Source of the DNA: Sedimentisphaerales bacterium
GTDB lineage: Bacteria > Planctomycetota > Phycisphaerae > Sedimentisphaerales > SM23-30
Reading direction: 5' to 3'
Assembly (NCBI GenBank): GCA_963663965.2
Contig: CAXXFK010000007.1
Location: 1-64,000, forward strand
Length of the DNA stretch: 64,000 nt
The stretch's first letter is position 1; every line of letters starts with the position of its first letter. A program made the position numbers and the translations under genes. Under the pieces are notes generated by a model. That model did no database searches. It worked only from the letters and a program-made list of their open reading frames with translations, and was not told the origin of the DNA. This document shows positions 10,004 to 21,963 of the stretch, one piece after another.

Positions 10004-10890
10004 GACAGGGTCTCCCGGTAATAGTTCTGAAATATCTCTGACAGGTCGGGTGGCTCAATGACCAGATCAGCGATCGGCTGCCTGGCGCACCATTGTACCA
10101 GATCCCTGGTGTTCTTTTGCCAGATAGCGCGGCATTCATGATTATCACATTGTATTACCATCAGGTCTTCCGGGAATTGTTCCGGGAGATGAGAGGATGG
10201 CTCCCATTGTATCAGGACGCGCCGACCGGCCTGCTGGCGCAGATCCATCATGCTGTTTTCCGCAACCAATTTACCTTGTCGCAATATGGCAACATGATCA
10301 CACAAACGCTCAACTTCACTTAATGTGTGACTGGAGAAAAACACGGTCACCCCATTATCCGCCTGTTCACGCAAATAATCGAACAGCAGTTCCTGAACCA
10401 ACGGATCGAGCGCCGTGGTAGGCTCATCCAATATCAGCAGGCGGGGTTGGTGAGCAAAAGCCAGTACCAAACCAACTTTCTGACGGGTACCGCGCGACAT
10501 GCGACCGATTTTCAAGTTAATATCCAGGTTAAATCGATCGGCCAGATTCGTTCCAGATTGGACCAGGTCCTGATGGCGTACCTGACTGACAATTTTCAAC
10601 GCCAGCCGTGGTGTCATCCAATCATACCAGCGCAAATCATCCGGCAGATATCCAACGATCTTTTTAATGTCGGCGGATTGACGCCAGCAATCCAGGCCAA
10701 AGATCCGGGCGCCGCCACTATGGGAACGCATGAATCCCATTAGAATTTTGATTGTGGTACTTTTGCCGGCACCATTGGGACCCAGGAATCCAAAAACAGT
10801 CCCCGCCCGAACATTGAATGTCAGGGTCTGTACTCCCATTCTTTTGCCATAAAAGCGCGTCAGATTTTCAATTTCAATCGCGTTATTCAC
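10000..10890 (-). CDS. ABC transporter ATP-binding protein
   Basis: GPNGAGKST, signature MSRGTRQK, ILDEPT, SSH switch. Confidence 0.95.
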   Translation of the reverse strand: MNNAIEIENLTRFYGKRMGVQTLTFNVRAGTVFGFLGPNGAGKSTTIKILMGFMRSHSGGARIFGLDCWRQSADIKKIVGYLPDDLRWYDWMTPRLALKIVSQVRHQDLVQSGTNLADRFNLDINLKIGRMSRGTRQKVGLVLAFAHQPRLLILDEPTTALDPLVQELLFDYLREQADNGVTVFFSSHTLSEVERLCDHVAILRQGKLVAENSMMDLRQQAGRRVLIQWEPSSHLPEQFPEDLMVIQCDNHECRAIWQKNTRDLVQWCARQPIADLVIEPPDLSEIFQNYYRETLS

Positions 10891-10916
10891 ACCTGTTGTT
10901 TCTTGTTCTGCTCTTG

Positions 10917-12720
10917 TTATTGAATGCCGTCGTCTTTGACCTGATACACATAATTAAAGCGACCCGATGGGGCGACATCGCCACTGATATAGAAATCCAT
11001 AATGTCGCCAGAATTCTGAATATTATCGACCCATTTGAATTCAAAGTTAATCGATTTATTCGTCTGGTTGATCAACCATTTTCTGGCGATTTTCATTTCC
11101 ATTTTGTTATCAACTATCCTGAAATCTGTTTCGCCCATTTTTTGCCAGGTCCAGTCTGCCTGATGTTTCTCAATAGACGCCAAGCCAGCAGTATTGCGGG
11201 TACGATTAATCAGATAGTCGTATCCCTGCCATCCAGATTTCATATTCCGGTCAATATTAATCAACAGCATCATCCAATTGGGATCGCTTGAACTGGAGAT
11301 GGGTTCAGCGGTTTCAACATAAAAATAAAGATACTGACTATCTCGAGCCACTTTTGCACAGACGATATCATTGCGGCCGGATGAATTGGTATACACCAAA
11401 TCGCCATAGCCGCGATGATTTCGATGCATAGTATCGCCCCGATGGTCACGATATTCCGGTTTGACCAGATTCCAATCACTAAAAATACCATCTAATTGAA
11501 TTGTCGCCGTATCCGACACCCCCGGCGGTGGTTTTAAACCTTTAAATTTGCGAATATTCGCTATCAACTGATAATAATAATTATCAGCTATGCCGGCTTT
11601 TACCGGTTCAATATCCCGGCTGTATTCTATCCGAAACTGATCAGGAAAGGCGTTTTCTGTTCCCTGCCAGTTTGGGAACCTGCCGGGGGGGGGGGGCCAC
11701 CCATTCATTCCAGCCGGTGACAAAAACTAATTTGGGATCCAGTTCAAAGGCGCGCTCCCATTGTTCCTGAAAATTCAATCCGAGCTGAACAGCCCGGGGC
11801 GACCGGTCAAAGCCATGCGCATGGGTATAGCTGCGGCCATAGACCTGGTCGGTACTATTCATGGCCGCCGGGACCAGGGCATCTGTGGCATTCTGGGCTA
11901 CCCCAACAGAAACCATTTCATACTGACCGGGTTGATATTCAACATATCCGTGTTGCGGATAGACCTCCAGCCAACTCCAGTGATCTTTGCGGCCCGGGCC
12001 ACATCGATAACCCGGCTGGCCGGGCCGAAACGTAAAGAAGGATCGCATTGGATCAGGAATATTGTCCGGATAGGCCAGAATAAGCGGCTTACCTTCCCAT
12101 TCAAACCATAAAGACCGAAAACGGCCCAGTTGATAAATATCCTCATACAGATTTTTCACAATGATCCGGCTGTTTTCGGATGGACCAAATGGGCACAAAA
12201 AGGCAATCTGGGGTGTCCGCACACCATCCTGGCGGGCTTTCATCCAGACCTCTCCCAACACATCATAACTCTCTTTCCAGGTAAAAGTGCCATTGGTACA
12301 ATCAAAAAAAACCACATCTACGCCGGCATCCGCCAGCATTTCAGCGTGTTTGCGTAAAACCCATGGATCCGTAGTGCGATAATACCCAAACAAGGGTTCG
12401 CTCCAATGATGAGCGGCCAAACCTGCCACCGTTTTCCATATTGGATGGTTATAATCGTTGATCGCGTCAGGGTGTTGACTGACAATTTGTTCGATATTGG
12501 CATAACCAGGATTGGCGTGTCCGCTACCATACCAGGTCCAATAGAAAATCCCGACATACTTATCTTTTTGCGAAGCGCCCACTTGCTGATATTCAGGTAA
12601 CGATCGGCCAATGGCATCTACCGCAATCCATGCATCACTGATGGATGTGGGCTCCTGTGCCAAGGTAACATGGGAAAAGAATAGGGTAATTACAAACAAA
12701 AGAATACGGTCTTTCATCAT
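10917..12720 (-). pseudogene. Secreted GH99/GH71-like glycoside hydrolase split by a frameshift at a C12 homopolymer
   Basis: 5' ORF (signal peptide, VGIFYWTW, HHWSEPLFGYY, LADAGVD, TGWNEWVA) continues in another frame as GRFPNWQGTENAFPDQFRIEYSRDIEP; the frame switch lies at the G12 run 11685-11696. Confidence 0.75.
11685..11696. repeat. G12 (C12 on coding strand) homopolymer
   Basis: tgcc GGGGGGGGGGGG ccac read directly. Confidence 0.95.
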
Positions 12721-12721
12721 A

Positions 12722-13513
12722 TTAATCCTGTTTCATGTGAGATTGTGCATAATCTGTGCATTTTCCTGCCAATCGATTTATTTGGGCCGCAGAATAACCG
12801 GCAGCAAAGCCATTATCGATATTGACAACACAAACTCCTGCCGCACAACTGTTGAGCATAGTGAGTAAAGGCGCTATACCGCCAAAGCTGGCACCATAGC
12901 CTACGGATGTCGGGACCGCAATAACCGGAGCGGCTACCAGCCCCCCCACTACGGAAGCCAGGGCGCCTTCCATACCCGCAACCACGACGACGACATTGGC
13001 GCTTTGTATCTGTTCACAACGGCTCAAAAGCCGATGCAATCCCGCGACCCCAACATCATAAATACTTTCCACCTTCTGATCCATCAGTTCCGCGGTGATT
13101 CGGGCTTCTTCTGCAACTGGAATGTCACTCGTGCCGGCACAGACAACTGCAATATGTCCATTGGAGGGTTGAGGATCCTGTTGCCGCAACCAGATCGCCC
13201 GGGCAGCTTGAGAATATTGAACCTCCGGAATCAATGACATTACCTGTTGGGCCACGTCATGATTTGCCCGGGTGGCCAGCACATTGCCACCCTGTTGGGC
13301 TAATCTTTCAAATATTTTGATTATTTGCTCATTCGTCTTTCCTGGGCAATAGATCACTTCCGGCATTCCACAGCGTATCGCACGATGATGGTCAATGCTG
13401 GCATACTCCAAGGTTTCAAAAGGTAATTGCCGCAGTTTATTGATAGCGCTATCGATATCCAGCTGGCCTGCTTGCACGGCTTTTAGCATTGCCTTTAGTG
13501 ATTCCTGATTCAT
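12722..13513 (-). CDS. larB: Nickel-pincer cofactor biosynthesis protein LarB (PurE-like)
   Basis: DHHRAIRCGMPEVIYCPGKT, AGTSDIPVAEEA, DVGVAGLHRL, AGMEGALASV, PTSVGYG, NIDNGF. Confidence 0.93.
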   Translation of the reverse strand: MNQESLKAMLKAVQAGQLDIDSAINKLRQLPFETLEYASIDHHRAIRCGMPEVIYCPGKTNEQIIKIFERLAQQGGNVLATRANHDVAQQVMSLIPEVQYSQAARAIWLRQQDPQPSNGHIAVVCAGTSDIPVAEEARITAELMDQKVESIYDVGVAGLHRLLSRCEQIQSANVVVVVAGMEGALASVVGGLVAAPVIAVPTSVGYGASFGGIAPLLTMLNSCAAGVCVVNIDNGFAAGYSAAQINRLAGKCTDYAQSHMKQD

Positions 13514-13943
13514 CGTTTGCCTTTCCAATATCCAGCAATAAACACATAGAAAATTATGGTAATTTTCAACAGGTTTCTGTCAATTACCCAGAAATTCAAA
13601 TTACAGCCATTCCTGGCTGTTTGTCTATATCAATTTATACCCATCGGGTATGGAAGTATTCAATCGCTGGCAAACCAAGTTTTTACTTGTAAAAGACTTA
13701 TTTCACGGCTTGGCGGACATTATCAATCGTTAATGGTATACATAATTTAACAAGAATCTATCCATAACAAACCATTCTTATGTATCTTATTGCAAATAAA
13801 TAGTTTATTTATTTAAAATTCATAATCAGATCCAACATTTAAAGAGTATTCAGATAGAATTTTGAAAAATGAAAACTGGTCGGTATAATCTAAGAGCACC
13901 TGACAAAATGAAAAATAACCAAAGTTATAGTGAGTAACTTGTT

Positions 13944-14591
13944 GTGATTGCGAAAATAAACGGAATTCTGGCAGAACTGGATGGGGAAAATCACTTGTTG
14001 ATTTTAGCGGCCGGCCATATCGGTTATGAGGTGATGATTCCCGGATATGCCATTCATGAGTTTGGCAACAAAGTTGGGAGAGAGATCACATTATTTTGTC
14101 TGGAATATTATGAAGGGAGTGCCGCAGGAGGTAATTTGATTCCTCGCCTGATAGGGTTTCCACAACAACGCGACAAGTTATTTTTTCAGAAATTTATAAC
14201 CGTGAAGGGTATCGGTATACGAAAGGCATTACGCGCCCTGGACCGCCCAATAAAAGATATTGCGGCATGTATTGAAGCAGGCGATGCCAAGGGTTTAACA
14301 CAGTTACCAGAAATCGGGAAGCGATCGGCAGAACAGATTATTGCTGAACTTAACGGAAAGTTAACTGACTTTGCCATTGGTGGACAAACCACAGGAAGTA
14401 AATCCTTTGGGCCACCCAAAAGTACTTTGACTGGAATTGAAAGAGAAGCTTTAGAGATTTTGATTCAACTAGGTGAAAAACGTGAAATCGCTGAAGAGAT
14501 GATTCAAAAAGCGATGAGCCAGATAGAAGGGATTCAAAGCACAGATGCCTTGATTCAGGGAGTATATCGCGTAAAAGGCGGCATAATTTAG
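13944..14591 (+). CDS. ruvA: Holliday junction branch migration protein RuvA
   Basis: MIAKINGIL N-terminus, GYEV, two HhH motifs (VKGIGIRKA, LPEIGKRSAEQI), C-terminal EALEILIQLG. Confidence 0.9.
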   Translation: MIAKINGILAELDGENHLLILAAGHIGYEVMIPGYAIHEFGNKVGREITLFCLEYYEGSAAGGNLIPRLIGFPQQRDKLFFQKFITVKGIGIRKALRALDRPIKDIAACIEAGDAKGLTQLPEIGKRSAEQIIAELNGKLTDFAIGGQTTGSKSFGPPKSTLTGIEREALEILIQLGEKREIAEEMIQKAMSQIEGIQSTDALIQGVYRVKGGII

Positions 14592-15040
14592 AGTTATGGT
14601 GTGGATAAATTGTGAATAATTAATTACTTTTGATCAGAACAGACGATATCTAAGAATTGACGTCCGAATAAAATGACAATTTTGGGCTCCTTTGTTAAAA
14701 GCATTGTTAGATATTGGGGATAACCTGTCAGATATCTGATAGAAAAATGATTAAAAATCACTGATATCAGTACTGATAATGAGCAGAGTGTGTGTTTTCA
14801 GTACTAATAACCAGGTTGCCCACGGTGGATATAACAGTTTATCCACAATCGTTTTTTTTGCTAAACATCTTGCATTATTCAGGTTAAAATACCTGTGTGA
14901 TAAACCTAACGTAAATCACAAGCTATATGAATACTAATACTGTATTTATTTACATTCTATTATTATAATAATAACCAGCTGGCAAATTTGGATATTTGCC
15001 AGACAGTGATATCGAACCGTAGTGGCACAGTGAGGTTAGT
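14592..15040. other. Candidate chromosomal replication origin (oriC)
   Basis: DnaA boxes TGTGGATAA 14600-14608, TGTGAATAA 14611-14619, TGGGGATAA 14715-14723, TTATCCACA 14839-14847; AT-rich tract about 14930-14975 with TAA/TAT triplets; directly upstream of dnaN. Confidence 0.8.
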
Positions 15041-16153
15041 ATGAAGGTAAAAATAAATCGAGCAGCGTTACATGAGGCAGTTCACTTGGCTTCTTCTATC
15101 GTTCCTGCTCGAACGCCTAAGGATATACTCAAATGCGCAAAGCTACAAACCGAAGATGATCAGAGTTTGTACGTTATTGCCACAGACGGCGATATCATGG
15201 TGAATTACCGGGTACCGCAGGTTGAAATTGAGCAGCATGGCCAGATTGCCCTTCCGGCTGATCGTCTGGCGAGTATTTTATACGAAGCCCAAGATGATGT
15301 CGTGCGTATTGAGCAGGATGAAGCCACTTGCCAGGTTTATGGTAAGAGCAGCCATTTTATGGTATACGGTTTTGATCCGGATGATTTTCCGGTAGCCATG
15401 GTGGAGGAGTTGCCGGAACAGATTGAGGTTCAGGCGGGGATTTTGCGCCGGATGATCCGAATGACAGCATTTGCTGTTGCTAAAGAAAGCTCGCGTTATG
15501 CCATCAATGGAATCTATTGTGAATGCAAAGGCAAGCGTATTCGAATGGTAGGTACAGATGGCCGGCGTTTGGCATTAATTGACGGGACTTTGAGTAAAGC
15601 GGACCTGCCTGAAAGTGAAGATGGTACTACCAGTGTTATCGTTCCGGTTAAGGTTATGCATACGATTGAAAAGGCATTGATGGATCCGGAAGAGAAGGTC
15701 CAGTTGCATTTTACCGATAAAAAGGTCACCTTTTCCAACTCTATGGTAAAGATTGCCGCCAATCTGGTTCAGGGGCGGTATCCCAATTATGAGGAAGTCA
15801 TTCCGAAAGGCGCTCAGAACAAGGCGACCATATCAACAGAGTCATTTTTGAGCGCGATCCGACAGGTGGCATTGTTGGTAAACGAGAGTTCGCGTGGCGT
15901 GAAACTTGAATTCACCGCAAACAAGATTCATTTAAGTTCCAGTACTCCGGAAGCGGGTAACGCGGAAGTGGATATTGAAATTCAATATAGTGACAATGAT
16001 ATTATCATAGGTTTCAATCCGGATTTTGTCACGGATGTATTACGTGTCATTGAGGAACCGGAGTTGGTGCTGGAAATGATCGATGGAAACCGGCCGGGTC
16101 TGATCCGGGTGGGCAAGGAGTATCAATATGTAATCATGCCGGTCAATGTTTAG
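15041..16153 (+). CDS. dnaN: DNA polymerase III beta sliding clamp
   Basis: ATDGD, SRYAINGI, VGTDGRRLA, GRYPNYEEVIP, IGFNPDF, YVIMPV. Confidence 0.97.
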   Translation: MKVKINRAALHEAVHLASSIVPARTPKDILKCAKLQTEDDQSLYVIATDGDIMVNYRVPQVEIEQHGQIALPADRLASILYEAQDDVVRIEQDEATCQVYGKSSHFMVYGFDPDDFPVAMVEELPEQIEVQAGILRRMIRMTAFAVAKESSRYAINGIYCECKGKRIRMVGTDGRRLALIDGTLSKADLPESEDGTTSVIVPVKVMHTIEKALMDPEEKVQLHFTDKKVTFSNSMVKIAANLVQGRYPNYEEVIPKGAQNKATISTESFLSAIRQVALLVNESSRGVKLEFTANKIHLSSSTPEAGNAEVDIEIQYSDNDIIIGFNPDFVTDVLRVIEEPELVLEMIDGNRPGLIRVGKEYQYVIMPVNV

Positions 16154-16235
16154 ATTGAGTGAGGCTGTTATCGTGAATGGTGGAATTGCCAGGCACTTGA
16201 ATCCAATGACCAGATAGTATCCGGCATCCGGAAAT

Positions 16236-16682
16236 ATGAACGATAAACCAGAGAAGAAGTTGAGCTATAAATCGAAGTCGTATTACTGGGAAGAGGCGCG
16301 ACTGCGATCGATCGGGCAACGGGGCAAGGTAAAAGTCGCAGGTCTAAAGGTTGGGAAACTGGTCCAGCAGTTCTGGGTCAAGAAGGTGGCGCCGTTGCAG
16401 AAGAAATTTGGCCAGCTGGCGCAGGCCTGGGAAGAGTTGTTGCCCGATGAATTGCGTCGACACAGTTGTCTGGATACCTTTCAGCGAGGGGTATTAAGAG
16501 TACTGGTGGATAGCGACGCGCATTATTATGAATTAAATCTGATAATAAGAGAGGGTTTGGTTGATCGTGTCCGGGCATTGTGTCCGAGGCTATCGATTCG
16601 AGAGATCCGGCTGGTCCGGGGCACCTGGTATCAGAGGGACGAGGAGGGAAATCTGACCGTAAGTTTATACCGTGATAAGTAA
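16236..16682 (+). CDS. dciA: DciA (DUF721) replicative helicase loader family protein
   Basis: AWEELLPDELRRHS...GVLRVLVDS...YEL pattern; position between dnaN and gyrB. Confidence 0.78.
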   Translation: MNDKPEKKLSYKSKSYYWEEARLRSIGQRGKVKVAGLKVGKLVQQFWVKKVAPLQKKFGQLAQAWEELLPDELRRHSCLDTFQRGVLRVLVDSDAHYYELNLIIREGLVDRVRALCPRLSIREIRLVRGTWYQRDEEGNLTVSLYRDK

Positions 16683-16697
16683 GACAAAAAGATTTAG

Positions 16698-19178
<2,481 letters not shown>

Positions 19179-19202
19179 AAGAATAATTAACAAGTTATCA
19201 AC

Positions 19203-19237
19203 GGGGACGGACTGATTAGTTCGTCCTTTTGTTTTTT
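19203..19237 (+). terminator. Intrinsic terminator after gyrB
   Basis: GGGGACGGAC-TGATTA-GTTCGTCCTT followed by a T-rich tract. Confidence 0.75.
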
Positions 19238-19332
19238 GTGTCATAATTCAGGATGTTTCAACATTCATCTGATAGCGATCTGATTTCGATTTCATTGTAG
19301 ATAGAATCAATAATCAATAAGGGAGTACCGTC

Positions 19333-21792
19333 ATGAAATTCAAATTACTGGCAGTGGTTTTAATGATTACTTGGGTCGCGTCGGCGGAGGTGTCCGTGGT
19401 CGGTCCTGACCTAATTAAAGGGCCGGGGGGGCATTATGTCAATAACCGCGCTCCGCTGGAACCATTGACTTTTATTCCGTTACCTCCCGGCGCCGTCAAG
19501 CCTGCCGGCTGGCTGGGAAAAAAAATCAGGTTACAGGCGGATGGTTTTCATGGGCACTTGACGGAGATCAGTCGTTTTTTAAAGAAAGAGAAAAATGCTT
19601 GGTTAAGTCAGACCGGTGAGGGTGAATATGGCTGGGAAGAAGTGCCTTACTGGCTCAAGGGATTTTCCAATGCAGCCTGGGTATTGAATGATGAGTCAAT
19701 GAAAAAGGAAGCGATGATCTGGATCGAGGGCGCTTTAGATAGTCAACAACCGGATGGCTGGTTTGGGCCTGATAAGGGGCGAACGGGGCTGGCGACCAAT
19801 TTAAAAGGGCGTGAAGATTTGTGGCCCAATGCCATTATGTTGTTTTGCCTGCAGGATTATTACGATTTCAGCGGTGATTCACGCGTGATCGAATTGATGA
19901 AAAAATATTTTGATTATCTGAAAGCCCTGCCCGAAGAGCAATTCCTGGTGGGTTACTGGCCGAGTAATCGTGGCGGTGACCTGCTTTACAGTGTAATCTG
20001 GTTGTATAATCGAATTGGCGATGAGAGTCTATTGCCGTTATGTCACAAGATTCATCGGCGCAGTGTCGACTGGGTGAATGGTATTCCCAACTGGCATAAT
20101 GTCAATATGTCACAATCGTTTGGCGAGCCGGGAACTTATTATCTGGTGTCTCATGAAAAAGACCATTTATTTGCCGCGGATCGAAATTATCGCGAGATCC
20201 GGACATTGTACGGTCAGGTACCGGGCGGGATGTTCGGGGCGGATGAAAACTGCCGCAAGGGCTATGGTGATCCGCGCCAGGCCGTGGAGACCTGTGGAAT
20301 GGTCGAAATGATGCTGTCATGCGAAATGTTATTGCGTATCTGTGGTGAAGGCAGCTGGGCGGATCGTTGTGAAGATGTTGCGTTTAACTCATTGCCGGCG
20401 GCACTGACGGCGGACATGAAAGCGTTGCGTTACCTGACCGCTCCCAATATGGTCAAGGGAGATAAAGGTTCTAAAAGTCCCGGCATTCAAAATGGCGGTC
20501 CGATGTTTCATATGGATCCGCATGATCATCGATGTTGTCAACATAACTTTGGTCACGGCTGGCCGTACTACGCCCAGAGTCTCTGGGCGGCCACGCCGGA
20601 TAAAGGGTTGGCGGCGTTGTTTTATAATGCCAGCACAGTTGCGGCAAAAATTGGAGATGGCCGGACCGTAACAATTCAGCAAAAGACTCATTATCCATTT
20701 GACGAGACGATTCAATTAACCATTATCGATTTAAAAGGATCGCACCCATTCCCAATCTATCTGCGTGTTCCACAATGGTGCCAAGCCCCCGTGCTGAAAA
20801 TAAATGGCAAGAATCAGGATCTGCCGGCGAATCCAACGGGATATATCAAGATTGCCCGGAATTGGAAGCAGTCGGATACTGTTGAATTGAAGTTACCTAT
20901 GGAATTGGCGATTCGCACCTGGGCGGATAATCACAACAGCGTTTCGGTCGATCGTGGCCCGTTGACGTATTCATTAAAAATTAGGGAAGACTACGTTAAT
21001 TCGGGAGGTACTGAGCTATGGCCTTCATGGGAGATTTATCCTGAATCGCCCTGGAATTATGGCCTGATATTGAATCCGGATAAACCGACGGCATCTTTTA
21101 AAGTGATTAGAAAAGACTGGCCGGGTAATGATATGCCGTTTACCCACGATGGTTGTCCGATAGAATTAATCGCCACCGGCCAGCGGATACCGCAATGGCA
21201 TGAGGATCCGTTGGGTCTGGTTGGATTATTACAGGATTCACCGGTAAAATCGGACGAGCCAATCGAATTGATACGGTTGATCCCGATGGGGGCCGCTCGC
21301 TTACGAATCGCATCGTTTCCTGTTATCGGGAAGGGGGCTGAGGCAAAGGAGTGGACAGCATCACCCCGGCCCATGGCGTGGCGCGCGACGGCGTCTCATT
21401 GCTACGCCAATGATTCAGTGAATGCCATGAAAGATGGTTTAATCCCGGCAAATTCAAACGATCAGAGCATTCCACGCATGACTTTCTGGCCGAAAAAAGG
21501 AACTACCGAATGGGTACAATATGATCTTGGGGATGAAAAAGCGATTTCATCCGTTTCTGTATACTGGTTCGATGACCGGCCGGCCGGCGGTTGTGCGGTA
21601 CCGGCGACCTGGAAGGTTCTTTATCAAAAAGGCGACCAGTGGCAGGAGGTATCCAATCCCACCGTTTACGCCCGCCGTAAGGATATCTTTAACAAGGTGA
21701 AATTTGATGCGATAAAGACAACGGCATTACGATTGGAAATAGAGTTACAAAAAGAGTTATCCGGTGGCATTCTGGAATGGACCATTGAATAA
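19333..21792 (+). CDS. GH127/GH146-like beta-L-arabinofuranosidase with C-terminal F5/8-type domain
   Basis: Signal peptide; WEEVPYW, ETCGMVE, CCQHN catalytic/Zn motifs; C-terminal WVQYDL..SVSVYWFDD domain. Confidence 0.88.
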   Translation: MKFKLLAVVLMITWVASAEVSVVGPDLIKGPGGHYVNNRAPLEPLTFIPLPPGAVKPAGWLGKKIRLQADGFHGHLTEISRFLKKEKNAWLSQTGEGEYGWEEVPYWLKGFSNAAWVLNDESMKKEAMIWIEGALDSQQPDGWFGPDKGRTGLATNLKGREDLWPNAIMLFCLQDYYDFSGDSRVIELMKKYFDYLKALPEEQFLVGYWPSNRGGDLLYSVIWLYNRIGDESLLPLCHKIHRRSVDWVNGIPNWHNVNMSQSFGEPGTYYLVSHEKDHLFAADRNYREIRTLYGQVPGGMFGADENCRKGYGDPRQAVETCGMVEMMLSCEMLLRICGEGSWADRCEDVAFNSLPAALTADMKALRYLTAPNMVKGDKGSKSPGIQNGGPMFHMDPHDHRCCQHNFGHGWPYYAQSLWAATPDKGLAALFYNASTVAAKIGDGRTVTIQQKTHYPFDETIQLTIIDLKGSHPFPIYLRVPQWCQAPVLKINGKNQDLPANPTGYIKIARNWKQSDTVELKLPMELAIRTWADNHNSVSVDRGPLTYSLKIREDYVNSGGTELWPSWEIYPESPWNYGLILNPDKPTASFKVIRKDWPGNDMPFTHDGCPIELIATGQRIPQWHEDPLGLVGLLQDSPVKSDEPIELIRLIPMGAARLRIASFPVIGKGAEAKEWTASPRPMAWRATASHCYANDSVNAMKDGLIPANSNDQSIPRMTFWPKKGTTEWVQYDLGDEKAISSVSVYWFDDRPAGGCAVPATWKVLYQKGDQWQEVSNPTVYARRKDIFNKVKFDAIKTTALRLEIELQKELSGGILEWTIE

Positions 21793-21817
21793 AGATTGTG
21801 TCTACAAGAGATTACAG

Positions 21818-21852
21818 AAAACATCCGTCGTTTTAACCGGCGGATGTTTTTT
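21818..21852 (+). terminator. Intrinsic terminator
   Basis: AAAACATCCGTCG-TTTTAAC-CGGCGGATGTTTTTT. Confidence 0.8.
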
Positions 21853-21884
21853 ATGGAATATTGGATGGAATATTGGATGGATGG
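21853..21884. repeat. Short tandem repeat (ATGGAATATTGG x2 plus ATGG x2)
   Basis: Read directly. Confidence 0.8.
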
Positions 21885-21963
21885 TAATAAACAGATCATT
21901 CCGCGAGTTTATCTGACAGCTGTTTTTGGGTATAATAACCTTTGATTTATAAAGGATGACGCA

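Noticed and set aside
21853..21884. 12-bp tandem duplication as a regulatory site
   Set aside because: Only two full units right after a terminator; most simply a slippage duplication.
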